Position numbers and translations under genes: made by a program. From Pseudobdellovibrionaceae bacterium (lineage in GTDB: Bacteria; Bdellovibrionota; Bdellovibrionia; Bdellovibrionales; Bdellovibrionaceae), in contig JBDHWW010000008.1 in NCBI GenBank assembly GCA_039810425.1, forward strand, positions 21,323 to 85,322: a DNA stretch of 64,000 nt. Reading direction: 5' to 3'. Positions 10,420-19,673 of the stretch are shown piece by piece. A model generated the notes under the pieces. That model was not told where the DNA came from. It was given only the letters and a program-made list of their open reading frames with translations, and made no database searches. Position 1 is the stretch's first letter, and the number at the start of each line of letters is the position of its first letter.

Positions 10420-10564
10420 GTGGTCCCTGTTCTTTAACGAGCTCTGCTAAAAGCTTCAATTTCTCTGCTTGTTCATCGTAACCTTGGGTTTTTAAAACTT
10501 CTTTATACGCTTTTTCAAGACGCTTCAGCGCCTCTGACAAATAGTTTTCGAGCTCGTTGTTCAT
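10391..10564 (-). CDS. Small helical protein, 57 aa (below the ORF-track cut-off)
   Basis: ATG at 10564 preceded by AAGGGGG; MNNELENYLSEALKRLEKAYKEVLKTQGYDEQAEKLKLLAELVKEQGPHENSSHTAR*; fills the gap between the two GT9 genes and overlaps both. Confidence 0.6.
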   Translation of the reverse strand: MNNELENYLSEALKRLEKAYKEVLKTQGYDEQAEKLKLLAELVKEQGPHENSSHTAR

Positions 10565-11765
10565 TCGCAACCCCCTTACTTGATTCCGTACGACGATTCA
10601 GTTCTTCCACGATCATCGTTTTGGCTTGTATAACTTCATCAAACTGATTTTTTTGAGCGACCGATAGACATTGCACGGTCCACCCCATCAGATGACGGAT
10701 TTCCGTCTTTAATACATTCAGCTCCGCGTATTTCCGCGCAAAACTTTCCCATGCGGGACGATCCAAGTTTAACAATATTCGGGCGGCTTCATAAACAGCA
10801 TCCACCGGTACCATTTCGCCGCAACGATGGCTTACTTGAGAGCACTTCTCCGAATGCGGGCAGGGACCGCAACTCACACGGCTCTGCAAAATCACTGAAT
10901 TATTCGAGTATGCTCCCACTTGCAGGGGCTGACTGCTGCCCAACGCGAGCTCTAGGATCGCAATATCCTGAAGGGCCGCCAAGTGCTTAACACTCGTGTC
11001 CCCGGTAATCAGTAGCGCGGCGTTTTGAAGGGCTGCTTCGGCTCCTTGAAAATCACAAATCAGTAAATTCTCCTCTGAAAAATGCCCCAAAAGCTGTTCT
11101 TTCTCATAGGGCGCTCCAAGGACTTGAACCCGGTAAGATGTTTTCTGCTGCAACATCCCGACCAGCGTTTTGTACTTTTGCAGAGCCCAGTTCTTCTTCA
11201 CATCGCTGGTGAGCGGTTGAATGACTACGGTCTTTTTGCCGGAAGGCCGGCGCCACTGAACCGCGCTCTGCTCCAATGGAATGTCCAAGGCCTTTGCCAA
11301 CAGTTCCGTATAGTGGAATCCAGCGGCCTCACGACGACCGAAGTAGTTATTGAAGAACTGAATCCATGGGTTCGTCAGCCCATAGAAGGCCCCGTCCCAC
11401 GAGTAAATACCGACACGATTCTGTGTCGAAATCAACCCAGACAAGTGAGCCGTTAAACGATTGTGGGTAAAATTATAAACAGTGTCGTAAGAGTTCTGGT
11501 TTATCCCCTCAACGAACCCGCGAAGGTGCTTAAAGCCCCAAAGAATATTGTATTCTTTTTCGCCACAGCTTTTTTGAAAAGCCTCGCGATCAAAATAAAT
11601 AAATTTGTCGACGAGTCCCGCGAAAAGAAATTCGATTTGGAAAAACTGCTTGTTCACTAGCAAATGAATCTCGCCTTGAGGATGCTTTTTACGCAGTCCC
11701 TCAATCAACGGTCTCTGGAGTATCAGGTCTCCGAGTCTTAATAGCGAGATTCCTAAAATCCTCAT
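10515..11765 (-). CDS. Glycosyltransferase family 9
   Basis: 'ILGISLLRLGDL', 'LLITGDTSVKHLAA', C-terminal CxPC...C...C. Confidence 0.85.
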   Translation of the reverse strand: MRILGISLLRLGDLILQRPLIEGLRKKHPQGEIHLLVNKQFFQIEFLFAGLVDKFIYFDREAFQKSCGEKEYNILWGFKHLRGFVEGINQNSYDTVYNFTHNRLTAHLSGLISTQNRVGIYSWDGAFYGLTNPWIQFFNNYFGRREAAGFHYTELLAKALDIPLEQSAVQWRRPSGKKTVVIQPLTSDVKKNWALQKYKTLVGMLQQKTSYRVQVLGAPYEKEQLLGHFSEENLLICDFQGAEAALQNAALLITGDTSVKHLAALQDIAILELALGSSQPLQVGAYSNNSVILQSRVSCGPCPHSEKCSQVSHRCGEMVPVDAVYEAARILLNLDRPAWESFARKYAELNVLKTEIRHLMGWTVQCLSVAQKNQFDEVIQAKTMIVEELNRRTESSKGVANEQRARKLFVRGAEAS

Positions 11766-12385
11766 CTCAAAAGCTCTTTCAGCGTCTCAAAGTAACCACG
11801 GTTTTCTTGCGCCGTCCGACTGTTGGAGTTTGCAATGATGTCCGTTGCATCTTTGATCGTCAGCGGCTTCTCTGTTTGCTTGAGTGAAGTCAAGGTGCCT
11901 TCGTCAATTTCAATGCCCAAGTTCGCGAAGTGTTTGGCAATCGCATAAACGGAACGGCCAGTGAGGTTTTTCCACATTGAGTAGAAAAGATCCTCCTGCG
12001 CGCCCCACGTCGTTTGCATGAAATAGACCGGCAAAGACTTCATGATCACCGTTTCAAAAACCTCTGAGTCCAACAAAGACTCTAGGCTTTGAAAGCAAGA
12101 ATAGTTTTCAGCATGTGATCTAATTTGCTTTTTATAGATCGGCAAAAGCTGATCACGGCATTCAATCAAGTGAATTTTCAAGTACGGATGCGTCTCTTTC
12201 AACGCATCGATATGAAACCCGCCCCCCAGACCCAAAACGACGATCTCATTGGAAATCGAGAAGTCCTGTTTTACCGCCCAGGCCTCGGCCTCTGCGGCGG
12301 GACTGTTGAAGTCACAAAGCGCTTTACCATCCTCAAATGGAATCAAGTAACCTGCAGGGTTTTCAGAAAAAGAAATAATGCTCAT
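11762..12385 (-). CDS. Protein resembling the N-terminal methyltransferase-like domain of Maf flagellin glycosyltransferases
   Basis: 'SPAAEAEAWA...IVVLGLGGGFHIDAL...IHLIE' resembles the Maf N-terminal pattern (P..EA...GLG.GYH); no catalytic GxGPS domain follows. Confidence 0.45.
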   Translation of the reverse strand: MSIISFSENPAGYLIPFEDGKALCDFNSPAAEAEAWAVKQDFSISNEIVVLGLGGGFHIDALKETHPYLKIHLIECRDQLLPIYKKQIRSHAENYSCFQSLESLLDSEVFETVIMKSLPVYFMQTTWGAQEDLFYSMWKNLTGRSVYAIAKHFANLGIEIDEGTLTSLKQTEKPLTIKDATDIIANSNSRTAQENRGYFETLKELLR

Positions 12386-12388
12386 ATC

Positions 12389-13459
12389 TTATGCTCTCTT
12401 AATATTTTTAAGTTTCTCACGTAAAGAGGCGACTTCTTGATTTTCAGGATTCCACAAAAGCACGCGCTCACACTCAAGCCGCGCTTCAGATATCTGGCTG
12501 TTACTGCAGTAAAGATTGATGAGTGCCAAAGACATGTCCTCATCAAACTCCACTTGGCCGAGATAATTTTGCAAAACTTCAATGCTTTGATCTTCACGTC
12601 GGTCGCGAACGCCCCAACTCGCTAAAAGTAAAACAGCAGTGCGATTGCTTGGATTGATGTCCACCGCAGTTTCCAAATTCGCCCACGCCAAAGCGTGATC
12701 GCCGAATTGAGCGTGAACCATTGCGAGACCCACCCAGGCTTTGTCATTTCTTGAATTTGCTTCAACCGCTTGGCGGAAACAGTATAGAGATTTGTCATAG
12801 TCCTGGCGCTGAACCTCCAGCGTACCGAAGTTCACCAAAAGCGTGTCGCAGCCCGGATTCAAGGTATAGGCCTTATTGTAGTACTCCTCGGCGCCTTCAA
12901 AATCGCCTTGGCGAACCATGATATTGCCAATATTTTTATAAATTTCAAAAAGTGCTTCGTTTTCTTCCGTTAACAACGACAGCGCTTCAAAATAGCGGCC
13001 TTGGGCTTCTTCGTCTTTACCAAGCTTGTAGTAAAGCGTTGCAAGCTTGCGCACTTGTTCAAAGTTGCACGCCACCTTCACGGCGGCACTACGAACGATC
13101 AGCGCCTCATCAAAACGCTGGGTGCGCTCGAGGCATTCCGCTAACAGATTCAAAATCACCGAGTTCTTCGACTGACGGTTGCTGGCACTCCGGAGAAGAT
13201 TCAGCGCCAGAGGGAATTCTTGATGCTTCATTAAGACACGGGCATTGGCCACGAGAAGAGCGGCTTTTTCGTCCAAGATCTCAGTATTTACTTTCGGCTT
13301 TTCCCTCTCGGCTTCGTGATCGAAATCACGAATGGCCTCGGCACGGTCAAAATAGATCGCAGGTGCGGTCGTTTCAGGCTCCGCACCTGGGTGGGTTTCA
13401 GGACCCGTCGAAAGATCGCTGGACTTTTGAAGGTTGTGTAATTCTAGCAACTGGTTCAT
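12389..13459 (-). CDS. Tetratricopeptide repeat protein
   Basis: Repeated TPR units, e.g. 'YKNIGNIMVRQGDFEGAEEYYNKAYTLNP', 'AWVGLAMVHAQFGD..LA...E.AVDINP'. Confidence 0.85.
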   Translation of the reverse strand: MNQLLELHNLQKSSDLSTGPETHPGAEPETTAPAIYFDRAEAIRDFDHEAEREKPKVNTEILDEKAALLVANARVLMKHQEFPLALNLLRSASNRQSKNSVILNLLAECLERTQRFDEALIVRSAAVKVACNFEQVRKLATLYYKLGKDEEAQGRYFEALSLLTEENEALFEIYKNIGNIMVRQGDFEGAEEYYNKAYTLNPGCDTLLVNFGTLEVQRQDYDKSLYCFRQAVEANSRNDKAWVGLAMVHAQFGDHALAWANLETAVDINPSNRTAVLLLASWGVRDRREDQSIEVLQNYLGQVEFDEDMSLALINLYCSNSQISEARLECERVLLWNPENQEVASLREKLKNIKRA

Positions 13460-13511
13460 TGTTCGGCCCTTCTCCTTTTTTTAGACGAATCACGCGTCGT
13501 AAAATTAGAAA

Positions 13512-13528
13512 AGCAACCGCAATGCCAA
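13512..13528 (-). promoter_or_regulatory. Sigma54 (-24/-12) promoter for the TPR-Maf-GT9 operon
   Basis: Minus strand TTGGCAT-TGCGG-TTGCT, matching TGGCAC-N5-TTGC, about 50 nt upstream of the TPR ATG. Confidence 0.7.
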
Positions 13529-13632
13529 AGAATTTCATTTCTGATTTGATTCTAAATTTGATCTGGCGCCCAAATCCGCACAGATGAGCCACAAGTTTGA
13601 CTCCGACCGGGCACCAGACGTCATGAAATTGA

Positions 13633-14058
13633 CTAAGCCTCTTCGTCGAGGCGTTTACTAAAGGTCGGGCTCTTGTAACCACCAACGGCTTTACGGGCTC
13701 GACGCACATCCTGAAGCTCACGGATGATGTTTGATTTAGCCGATTCTATACAGGCAAGAACTTCCAAGTCCTGTTCAATGATACGGCTGACGTATTCATC
13801 TTTCGCCCGCATGGATTCAACAACCTGACGGCGCTCTTCGACTGTTATGCCGCTAAAGTCATGTGCCTCAGAGTTTTCTTGCTCAAGTTGGCCGTCAAGA
13901 TACCTGATGATTTCCAAGATCCGCTCGCGCGTATTATAAAAGTTCTCGAGATTTTCAAAATTTCCTAGAGAGAAATTCAGAATTTCCGTCTCATTCAGAG
14001 AGTAGAATTTTTCCAAGTAATGGTTTTTTTCTTGCAATAAACTGATGATTCTTTGCAT
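13633..14058 (-). CDS. Flagellar chaperone-like helical protein (FliT/FlgN-like)
   Basis: Directly after fliS; all-helical, ends '...RKAVGGYKS...' like FlgN/FliT-type chaperones. Confidence 0.5.
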   Translation of the reverse strand: MQRIISLLQEKNHYLEKFYSLNETEILNFSLGNFENLENFYNTRERILEIIRYLDGQLEQENSEAHDFSGITVEERRQVVESMRAKDEYVSRIIEQDLEVLACIESAKSNIIRELQDVRRARKAVGGYKSPTFSKRLDEEA

Positions 14059-14066
14059 GACCTCTC

Positions 14067-14459
14067 CTATTTCTTAACTTCTTGTTCTTTTTTAAGTTTT
14101 TCCACAGCCTGCACCCAGCCTTCATAGAGGTTTTCTAAAACCTTTAAGCTGGCGTAAAGAGGTTCAGGTGACCCAGAGATATTAGCTTTCGTGAACTGCT
14201 CCATTAAAAACATGTAGAGCTGCTCAAGGTTCTTCGCAATCTCGCCTCCAACTTTGTGGTCCAGCGTATTGTTCAGCTCCATGACGATATCAAAGGCTTT
14301 ACCGATGTTATAGCCACGCTCGGCGATGTTTTTCTCTTCCGCCGCTTTGATTGCTTGCTTAACGAAGCGGATTGCCCCTTCATAAAGCATCAACAACAGC
14401 TTTTCCCTACTCGCACTTTGAATTGATGTATTTTTGTACTTTTGATAAGCGTTCTTCAT
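14067..14459 (-). CDS. fliS: Flagellin export chaperone FliS
   Basis: 'AYQKY..SIQSASREKLLLMLYEGAI', 'GGEIAKNLEQLY', 'L.EGW'. Confidence 0.95.
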   Translation of the reverse strand: MKNAYQKYKNTSIQSASREKLLLMLYEGAIRFVKQAIKAAEEKNIAERGYNIGKAFDIVMELNNTLDHKVGGEIAKNLEQLYMFLMEQFTKANISGSPEPLYASLKVLENLYEGWVQAVEKLKKEQEVKK

Positions 14460-14506
14460 AAATCTCCTTCTATGCCTCCATCCCTGTAATCAGTTTCAAT
14501 TCGCTA

Positions 14507-15880
14507 TTAACCTTTTGCCCCCTGAGCCATCGCCTGGACAGAGCCCATTTGCTGGTTCAGCTGAGACATTTTTGATTCTAAATCAGAAAATTTCCTTCTG
14601 AGACTTTCTTCCTTTTGCACCAACTGGCGTTCTTTGTTGTCGATGCGTTTGTTGATCTGATCAATCTTGTCTTGCATCCCTTTTTTCCGATTCCCGATAG
14701 GACCAAATTGTGAATTCACCATGTTGTTCACGGCATTCTTTACATTGACCACGAATCCAGTTTTAAAACCGTCTCCACGGAAGAACTCGGCAACGCCTTG
14801 GGGGTTTGATTGCAGAACCTTATTGAACTTATCCTGTTTGAAATCCAAGGTGCCATTACGGTTAAACTCGATGCCCAGTTCGTTAATGAGCTTGATCGGA
14901 CTTTCATTTGTAAACATCGGATTCATGATAACGCTACGGAGAGAGCTCTCTACCGTGCGTAACAGACCGTCGCCGCCGAGCGGGCCCATGGTCGGCGTCT
15001 TACTGCCATTTTGAGCTGTGAGCTTGTGTTGCTGCTGAATAAAGCCAAGAACAGAATTATAGGCGTCAACGAAGCTCTTGATCTTGCCGCTAATGACTTC
15101 GTAGTTTTCTTTGACATTGATACGAACCTGCTTGCCCGGCGCCGCCTGTTTCAAGTCCAGAGTCACACCCGGGAAAAGATCGGCCACTTTATTCTCAGGC
15201 AATTCAATTTCAAAGCCATCGACTTTGATTTTCGCATTTTTTGCCGGGCGAGATTCATCGAAGTACATGTCCTGATCCCCGTCGAGCATATAGATCTTCG
15301 GGAACGCGATTTGTTTATCACTCCCCGTCGCCAAACCCGCAACAAGCAGGCGATAGGGATTTTCAGGGTCTTTACGGTCTTCAATGACCGAAGCGCGCAA
15401 GCCAGCATTCGCTGCATTGATTTGATCGGCAACACCCGTGAGGGTTGAGTTTTCACCGTTGATATAAACTTCTTTGGTGCCGTCGGGAGTTTCGAATTTG
15501 ATATAGCCGACACCCATCTGAGCTTTGTCTTTATCAGGAAATCCGTTGGAAATCGCCGAAGGCTTTTCTGCCAGTTGCAGGACTTCCAAACTGTAATCGC
15601 CTGGAACCGCGAAGTTTGGATCCAAAGATCCGTCAGCGATATTTGGATCTCCGCTCGTAAGTTTTTTGTCAGAGAAACCTTTGGTGTTCGTCAACTCACC
15701 GAGGTTTTTAACGATGTCGTTCACTTTGGACTCGAGGTCGGTGACGAGTTTTAACTTGTCCTCGTTTTTGGCTTTCTGTGACTCCATGTTCTTCACGGGA
15801 ATACGCTCAGCGTCCATCAACTGATCGACGATATTCGGCGGTAATCCTGAGGCCATTCCGGAGATACGAATGCCAGCCAC
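14507..15880 (-). CDS. fliD: Flagellar filament cap protein
   Basis: 'SGMASGL...IVDQLMDAER.P', C-terminal 'LRRKFSDLESKMSQLNQQ'; GTG start; upstream of fliS. Confidence 0.93.
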   Translation of the reverse strand: MAGIRISGMASGLPPNIVDQLMDAERIPVKNMESQKAKNEDKLKLVTDLESKVNDIVKNLGELTNTKGFSDKKLTSGDPNIADGSLDPNFAVPGDYSLEVLQLAEKPSAISNGFPDKDKAQMGVGYIKFETPDGTKEVYINGENSTLTGVADQINAANAGLRASVIEDRKDPENPYRLLVAGLATGSDKQIAFPKIYMLDGDQDMYFDESRPAKNAKIKVDGFEIELPENKVADLFPGVTLDLKQAAPGKQVRINVKENYEVISGKIKSFVDAYNSVLGFIQQQHKLTAQNGSKTPTMGPLGGDGLLRTVESSLRSVIMNPMFTNESPIKLINELGIEFNRNGTLDFKQDKFNKVLQSNPQGVAEFFRGDGFKTGFVVNVKNAVNNMVNSQFGPIGNRKKGMQDKIDQINKRIDNKERQLVQKEESLRRKFSDLESKMSQLNQQMGSVQAMAQGAKG

Positions 15881-15885
15881 GTTGT

Positions 15886-15948
15886 GAGTCCTCCTGACTC
15901 GTTTATCTAAGAACCATCCATAGTTCTTAAAATCAGAGCATCCCTGAT
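15886..15948 (-). promoter_or_regulatory. Three tandem GGA-loop hairpins in the fliD leader (CsrA-type sites)
   Basis: ATCAG-GGATGCT-CTGAT, TAAGAAC-TATGGATG-GTTCTTA and GAGTC-AGGAG-GACTC; the last loop is the SD. Confidence 0.7.
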
Positions 15949-16135
15949 AAGTTCATTCTCGCAGAATATTTGTAAAACCGTGAGTCAATCAAATGACCTG
16001 GACAAAGCTCGAAAACCGCTTAAAACAGTTATTTTGAGAGGGAATTTTGACACTGGACAGGACCATGGTAAGGGGGCGTGTTGAGTCCATGCTCCATCAA
16101 CGCCCCCGCAAACTGCGATATCAACTAATCTGCTA

Positions 16136-17089
16136 TTAGATTTTCGCCAACAGTGCTTGCAGCAAAACGGAAATCAACTGTTGCTCTGTCGAGTTAAGTC
16201 CCAACTTACTTAAATTAGCGGACTGCCCGGCAATCACACTTGAAAGCAACTGATTGAGATTCAAGCCCATTGATGAATTAGAACTCAGAAATTGAGACAA
16301 GCCCGACTGGGATCCGGCGGTCAAAGAGTTAATAAGCATTTGTGTGACGCTGCTGCTGTTGGAAAAACCAGAAAGCCCCTGAATGGACCCCGCACCGATC
16401 TTATTTAAAATATCGGATAAAACGCCGGAGCCAATATTGGCAATATTGAGATTGCCGATTCCCAGAACCGCACCCGAAGAAAGGCTTTGCAGTAAAGCCG
16501 AAAGATTTGTCGCCGGAAGGCCGGATGCTCCAAGAGATGAAACCAAGGAACTCATTAGAGTGCTCGACACTGACGACAGACTTCCATTGCTGACTCCTGC
16601 CGCTGAAAGATTCTGGAAAAGTGTCGTTGAGATGTTTTGAATGAGACCACTCGATAGGCCGCCACCGGAAGAAAGCAGCGATGTCTCAATAGCCGACGTT
16701 CCAAGTCCGGAAACAAGCGTCGCGATCTGCGGGCCGCTCAGGCCAGGAACGGTGGCACCGATATTCTGACTCATCCCCTGAATGATAATTGGAATTAAGG
16801 CGTTAACATCGGTACTTGAACTGAGGCCTTTGGCGTTGATGGCAACGGCGCCAGAGTTTAAAAGCGTAAGAAGTTGCGACTCGGATAATAAAGACTTTTG
16901 ACGAAGGCTCGTACCGAAGGTTTGCAATACTTTATTTGACGGAGCGGTATTTTCAGCTGCCGTCGGAGGAACCGCTGCGCTATTATTGACGGGAGCAGAT
17001 TCCGCAGAGACGGGCGCATTAAATTTTCCGCCACAAGCTGATAACATGGAAACTGCAGTGATACTTAAAAGCGCGTAACGTGATTTCAT
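16136..17089 (-). CDS. Ser/Gly/Leu-rich low-charge lipoprotein, unknown function
   Basis: Lipobox MLSAC; SD AAGGAG upstream; hairpin at about 16072-16108 downstream. Confidence 0.7.
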   Translation of the reverse strand: MKSRYALLSITAVSMLSACGGKFNAPVSAESAPVNNSAAVPPTAAENTAPSNKVLQTFGTSLRQKSLLSESQLLTLLNSGAVAINAKGLSSSTDVNALIPIIIQGMSQNIGATVPGLSGPQIATLVSGLGTSAIETSLLSSGGGLSSGLIQNISTTLFQNLSAAGVSNGSLSSVSSTLMSSLVSSLGASGLPATNLSALLQSLSSGAVLGIGNLNIANIGSGVLSDILNKIGAGSIQGLSGFSNSSSVTQMLINSLTAGSQSGLSQFLSSNSSMGLNLNQLLSSVIAGQSANLSKLGLNSTEQQLISVLLQALLAKI

Positions 17090-17324
17090 AGAGGACTCTC
17101 CTTGATATATAAAGGTTAGCTCTCTCTTGTTAGAATGAAAATACTCAGGTAAAAATAAATTTAAATTGTCAAAAATAGCTCCAGATTTTAAAAAAAATTT
17201 GAATAGAACTTCTACGTTTCCAACCTTCCTTTTTTGAAGTGTCTGGTTTGTTTTCGCTATTTAAAAGGTTCATTTAAGAGTGTGGAACCGATCGTCCCTA
17301 CGTGAGACCCGGTGGCAAAGCTAT

Positions 17325-17705
17325 TTAAGCGGACTTCTTAAGGAGTTGGCCTTTTGCGCCTGGCTCATTGCCGGCGGGAAGAGTCCATAAATCAAGTTCA
17401 GGAATACGACGGATCACTGTGCCGTTTGTATCTTTGATGAGAACAAACTTTTTATTTTCGATAAGAAACAGTTCTACTAACCAACCGTGCTCTTTGATGG
17501 CTGAAAAATTTCGGAGTTGTTCGAGGGCTTTTTGGATTTGTTCATCGGTCATCGGCTCACGATGTTGCTGATTACCGGCGCCCGCCTGCTGTCCATTGGC
17601 ATCGCGGTCCGCTGCCGAATCGGATTTAATCGCTCTCTCGGTTTTCGAGGCGCCCCGAATCGGATTCGTTGGTAGCATGTTTCCTAATAGGCCTTTGATA
17701 TTCAT
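17325..17705 (-). CDS. flaG: FlaG-like flagellar protein
   Basis: C-terminal 'VLIKDTNGTVIRRIP' FlaG-type motif; lies between a flagellin and fliD. Confidence 0.55.
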   Translation of the reverse strand: MNIKGLLGNMLPTNPIRGASKTERAIKSDSAADRDANGQQAGAGNQQHREPMTDEQIQKALEQLRNFSAIKEHGWLVELFLIENKKFVLIKDTNGTVIRRIPELDLWTLPAGNEPGAKGQLLKKSA

Positions 17706-17713
17706 CAACCTAC

Positions 17714-17740
17714 TTATCGGCTTTGACCCGAGATTGATTA
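17714..17740 (-). promoter_or_regulatory. Sigma28 promoter (flaG-like gene)
   Basis: TAATCAAT-N11-GCCGATAA (perfect -10). Confidence 0.75.
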
Positions 17741-17871
17741 AATTTCGAGCATAAATCCGGACCTAAGTACCCAGGAGAGCCTAGACGACTCCCCTGGTAG
17801 GTTGGTACTAGGAGGACAATGGAGAACATCCTCCCAGAACTTTTTAAATCTTTTTAAAATTCTTTTAAATA

Positions 17872-18705
17872 TTAACCCAAGAGTTTCAAAGCAAGCTGCG
17901 GTGTCGAGTTAGCTTGACCAAGAACACTTGTATTCGCGTTCAAGAGAATCGTATTTCTAGTCATCTCTGAAGTTGCTGCCGCTACATCTGTGTCACGGAT
18001 ACGAGAGTTTGCTGCCGAGATATTTTCGTACATGACACCCAAGTTGTCAGAAGTGGATTGCAAACGATTTTGGATCGCACCTAGACTTGCGCGGTAGCCA
18101 TTCACTTTGAATTGTGCATCATCCAGTTTTGAAAGAGCGGACTGCGCACCTTCTTTGGAAGTGAAATCGAGGCCTTCTACGCCCAACTCATCAATTGTCG
18201 CGTTGGTCATCGCAGAATCATACGTGATACGATCTTCTGATTCATTATTGTTGATACCGACTTGGAAATCGAATGCGTTGCCAGAACCATTCAGAAGCTG
18301 TGTATTTCCGAAACGAGTTGTTTGAGAGATTCGTTGCATTTCCGCTTTAAGTTGTTGCACCTCTTTGTCAGTGAAACCGCGTTCACGGTCACCTACGGTG
18401 TCGGAAGCGGCCTGGATGCCCAACTCACGAATACGAGTCAAAATGTTGCTCACTTCGTTCAACCCGCCTTCTGCAGTTTGCACCATAGAGATACCATCGT
18501 TAGCATTACGTTGAGCCTGAACCATACTACGGCCTTGAGATTTTAAATTTTCACTGATTGCCAAGCCTGCAGCGTCGTCTGCTGACTTAGTGATACGAGA
18601 ACCTGAAGCCAATTGAGCCATGCTCTTTTGGATTTCGCGCTGGCCATTAGCCATTGTTCGCTGCGCGTTAATTGCTGCTACGTTCGTCGAAATTCTGATT
18701 CCCAT
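17872..18705 (-). CDS. fliC: Flagellin (here fla-A)
   Basis: 'RISTNVAA', 'LASGSRI..SADDAAGLAISE', 'RIRDTD.A....EMTR..IL'; 277 aa with a minimal variable domain. Confidence 0.97.
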   Translation of the reverse strand: MGIRISTNVAAINAQRTMANGQREIQKSMAQLASGSRITKSADDAAGLAISENLKSQGRSMVQAQRNANDGISMVQTAEGGLNEVSNILTRIRELGIQAASDTVGDRERGFTDKEVQQLKAEMQRISQTTRFGNTQLLNGSGNAFDFQVGINNNESEDRITYDSAMTNATIDELGVEGLDFTSKEGAQSALSKLDDAQFKVNGYRASLGAIQNRLQSTSDNLGVMYENISAANSRIRDTDVAAATSEMTRNTILLNANTSVLGQANSTPQLALKLLG

Positions 18706-18876
18706 GTGGGACCTCCATTTTTTTGGCGGTCTTATACCTACTTAGACCGCCTGTTTGTACACGTTGGTGACTTCACTTCTTCCTCTAGAGCCTGCTAGCG
18801 ATGAACTCTCGGCAGTCACTCCTTAAGTCCCTCTCAGCCCGTCCAGGTCGAGGTGTCGTCGTTGCTGTTGACATAC

Positions 18877-18903
18877 CTTTCGGCGAGGTCGTGGAAGTCT
18901 TTA
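18877..18903 (-). promoter_or_regulatory. Sigma28 promoter (fla-A)
   Basis: TAAAGACT-N11-GCCGAAAG; implies a leader of about 165 nt. Confidence 0.8.
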
Positions 18904-19117
18904 GTCGCGTCCGGCAGAACTGGACCATCGTCGCGCGCGAACTAGACTAAGGTTTTGCTTTTCTGGACTTTTTGCGCGGATTTCCCGGCTCTAGGTCGTG
19001 GAAATTTCCACGCCCGACCACAGTCTCGTCGGGCCGGTGCTGGACTATATACTAAGAGATCTTAGTCTTGGCTGATGAAAGGCTTGGTCTGGCCTGGAAG
19101 AAGCTGGTAAAACTCTA

Positions 19118-19573
19118 ATGGTGAAAACAAAAACAGCTGTCCTTATACTTACACTGATCATCACCGCATGCGCCTCTTCAGAAAGTGCGCAGAACGATCC
19201 TACGACAGGTGAAACAATGGCAAAGCTAAAATCCCGCCCGTTGGGCGTGTCCGTGATTGAGTTGCCTAACACCAATGCTATTTCCATTAAATTGAAATTT
19301 GACTGTCAGGATGAAAATTACAAAATCCGTATGCTTAAGTACAAGATCCGCGCGACTGAGAATGACAAAGAGATCCAGACCGATGGCCTGCAAAAAAGCT
19401 GGCTCGATAAAAACATAACCATCGTGAATCTCAAGTACCCTAAAACCCGCCATATCAAGTTTAAGAGCATTGAGATCTCGGCCCACTCTTGGGTGCGCTC
19501 ATTCCCCGATTCGCAGCTTAGCAGCCCCATTGGCCTGACTCTGCAGCAATGCAAGGACTTAGCGCCGTATTAG
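19118..19573 (+). CDS. Hypothetical lipoprotein
   Basis: Signal peptide with lipobox ITAC. Confidence 0.55.
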   Translation: MVKTKTAVLILTLIITACASSESAQNDPTTGETMAKLKSRPLGVSVIELPNTNAISIKLKFDCQDENYKIRMLKYKIRATENDKEIQTDGLQKSWLDKNITIVNLKYPKTRHIKFKSIEISAHSWVRSFPDSQLSSPIGLTLQQCKDLAPY

Positions 19574-19673
19574 TTGTCCTCTCAAAGGTCGCAAGAACCT
19601 TTTTTGCGTTTACTCGATCGTAGCTGCCGCGGCCATGGGCAGCAACTACCACTCACCGTATATTGTGTTTGCT

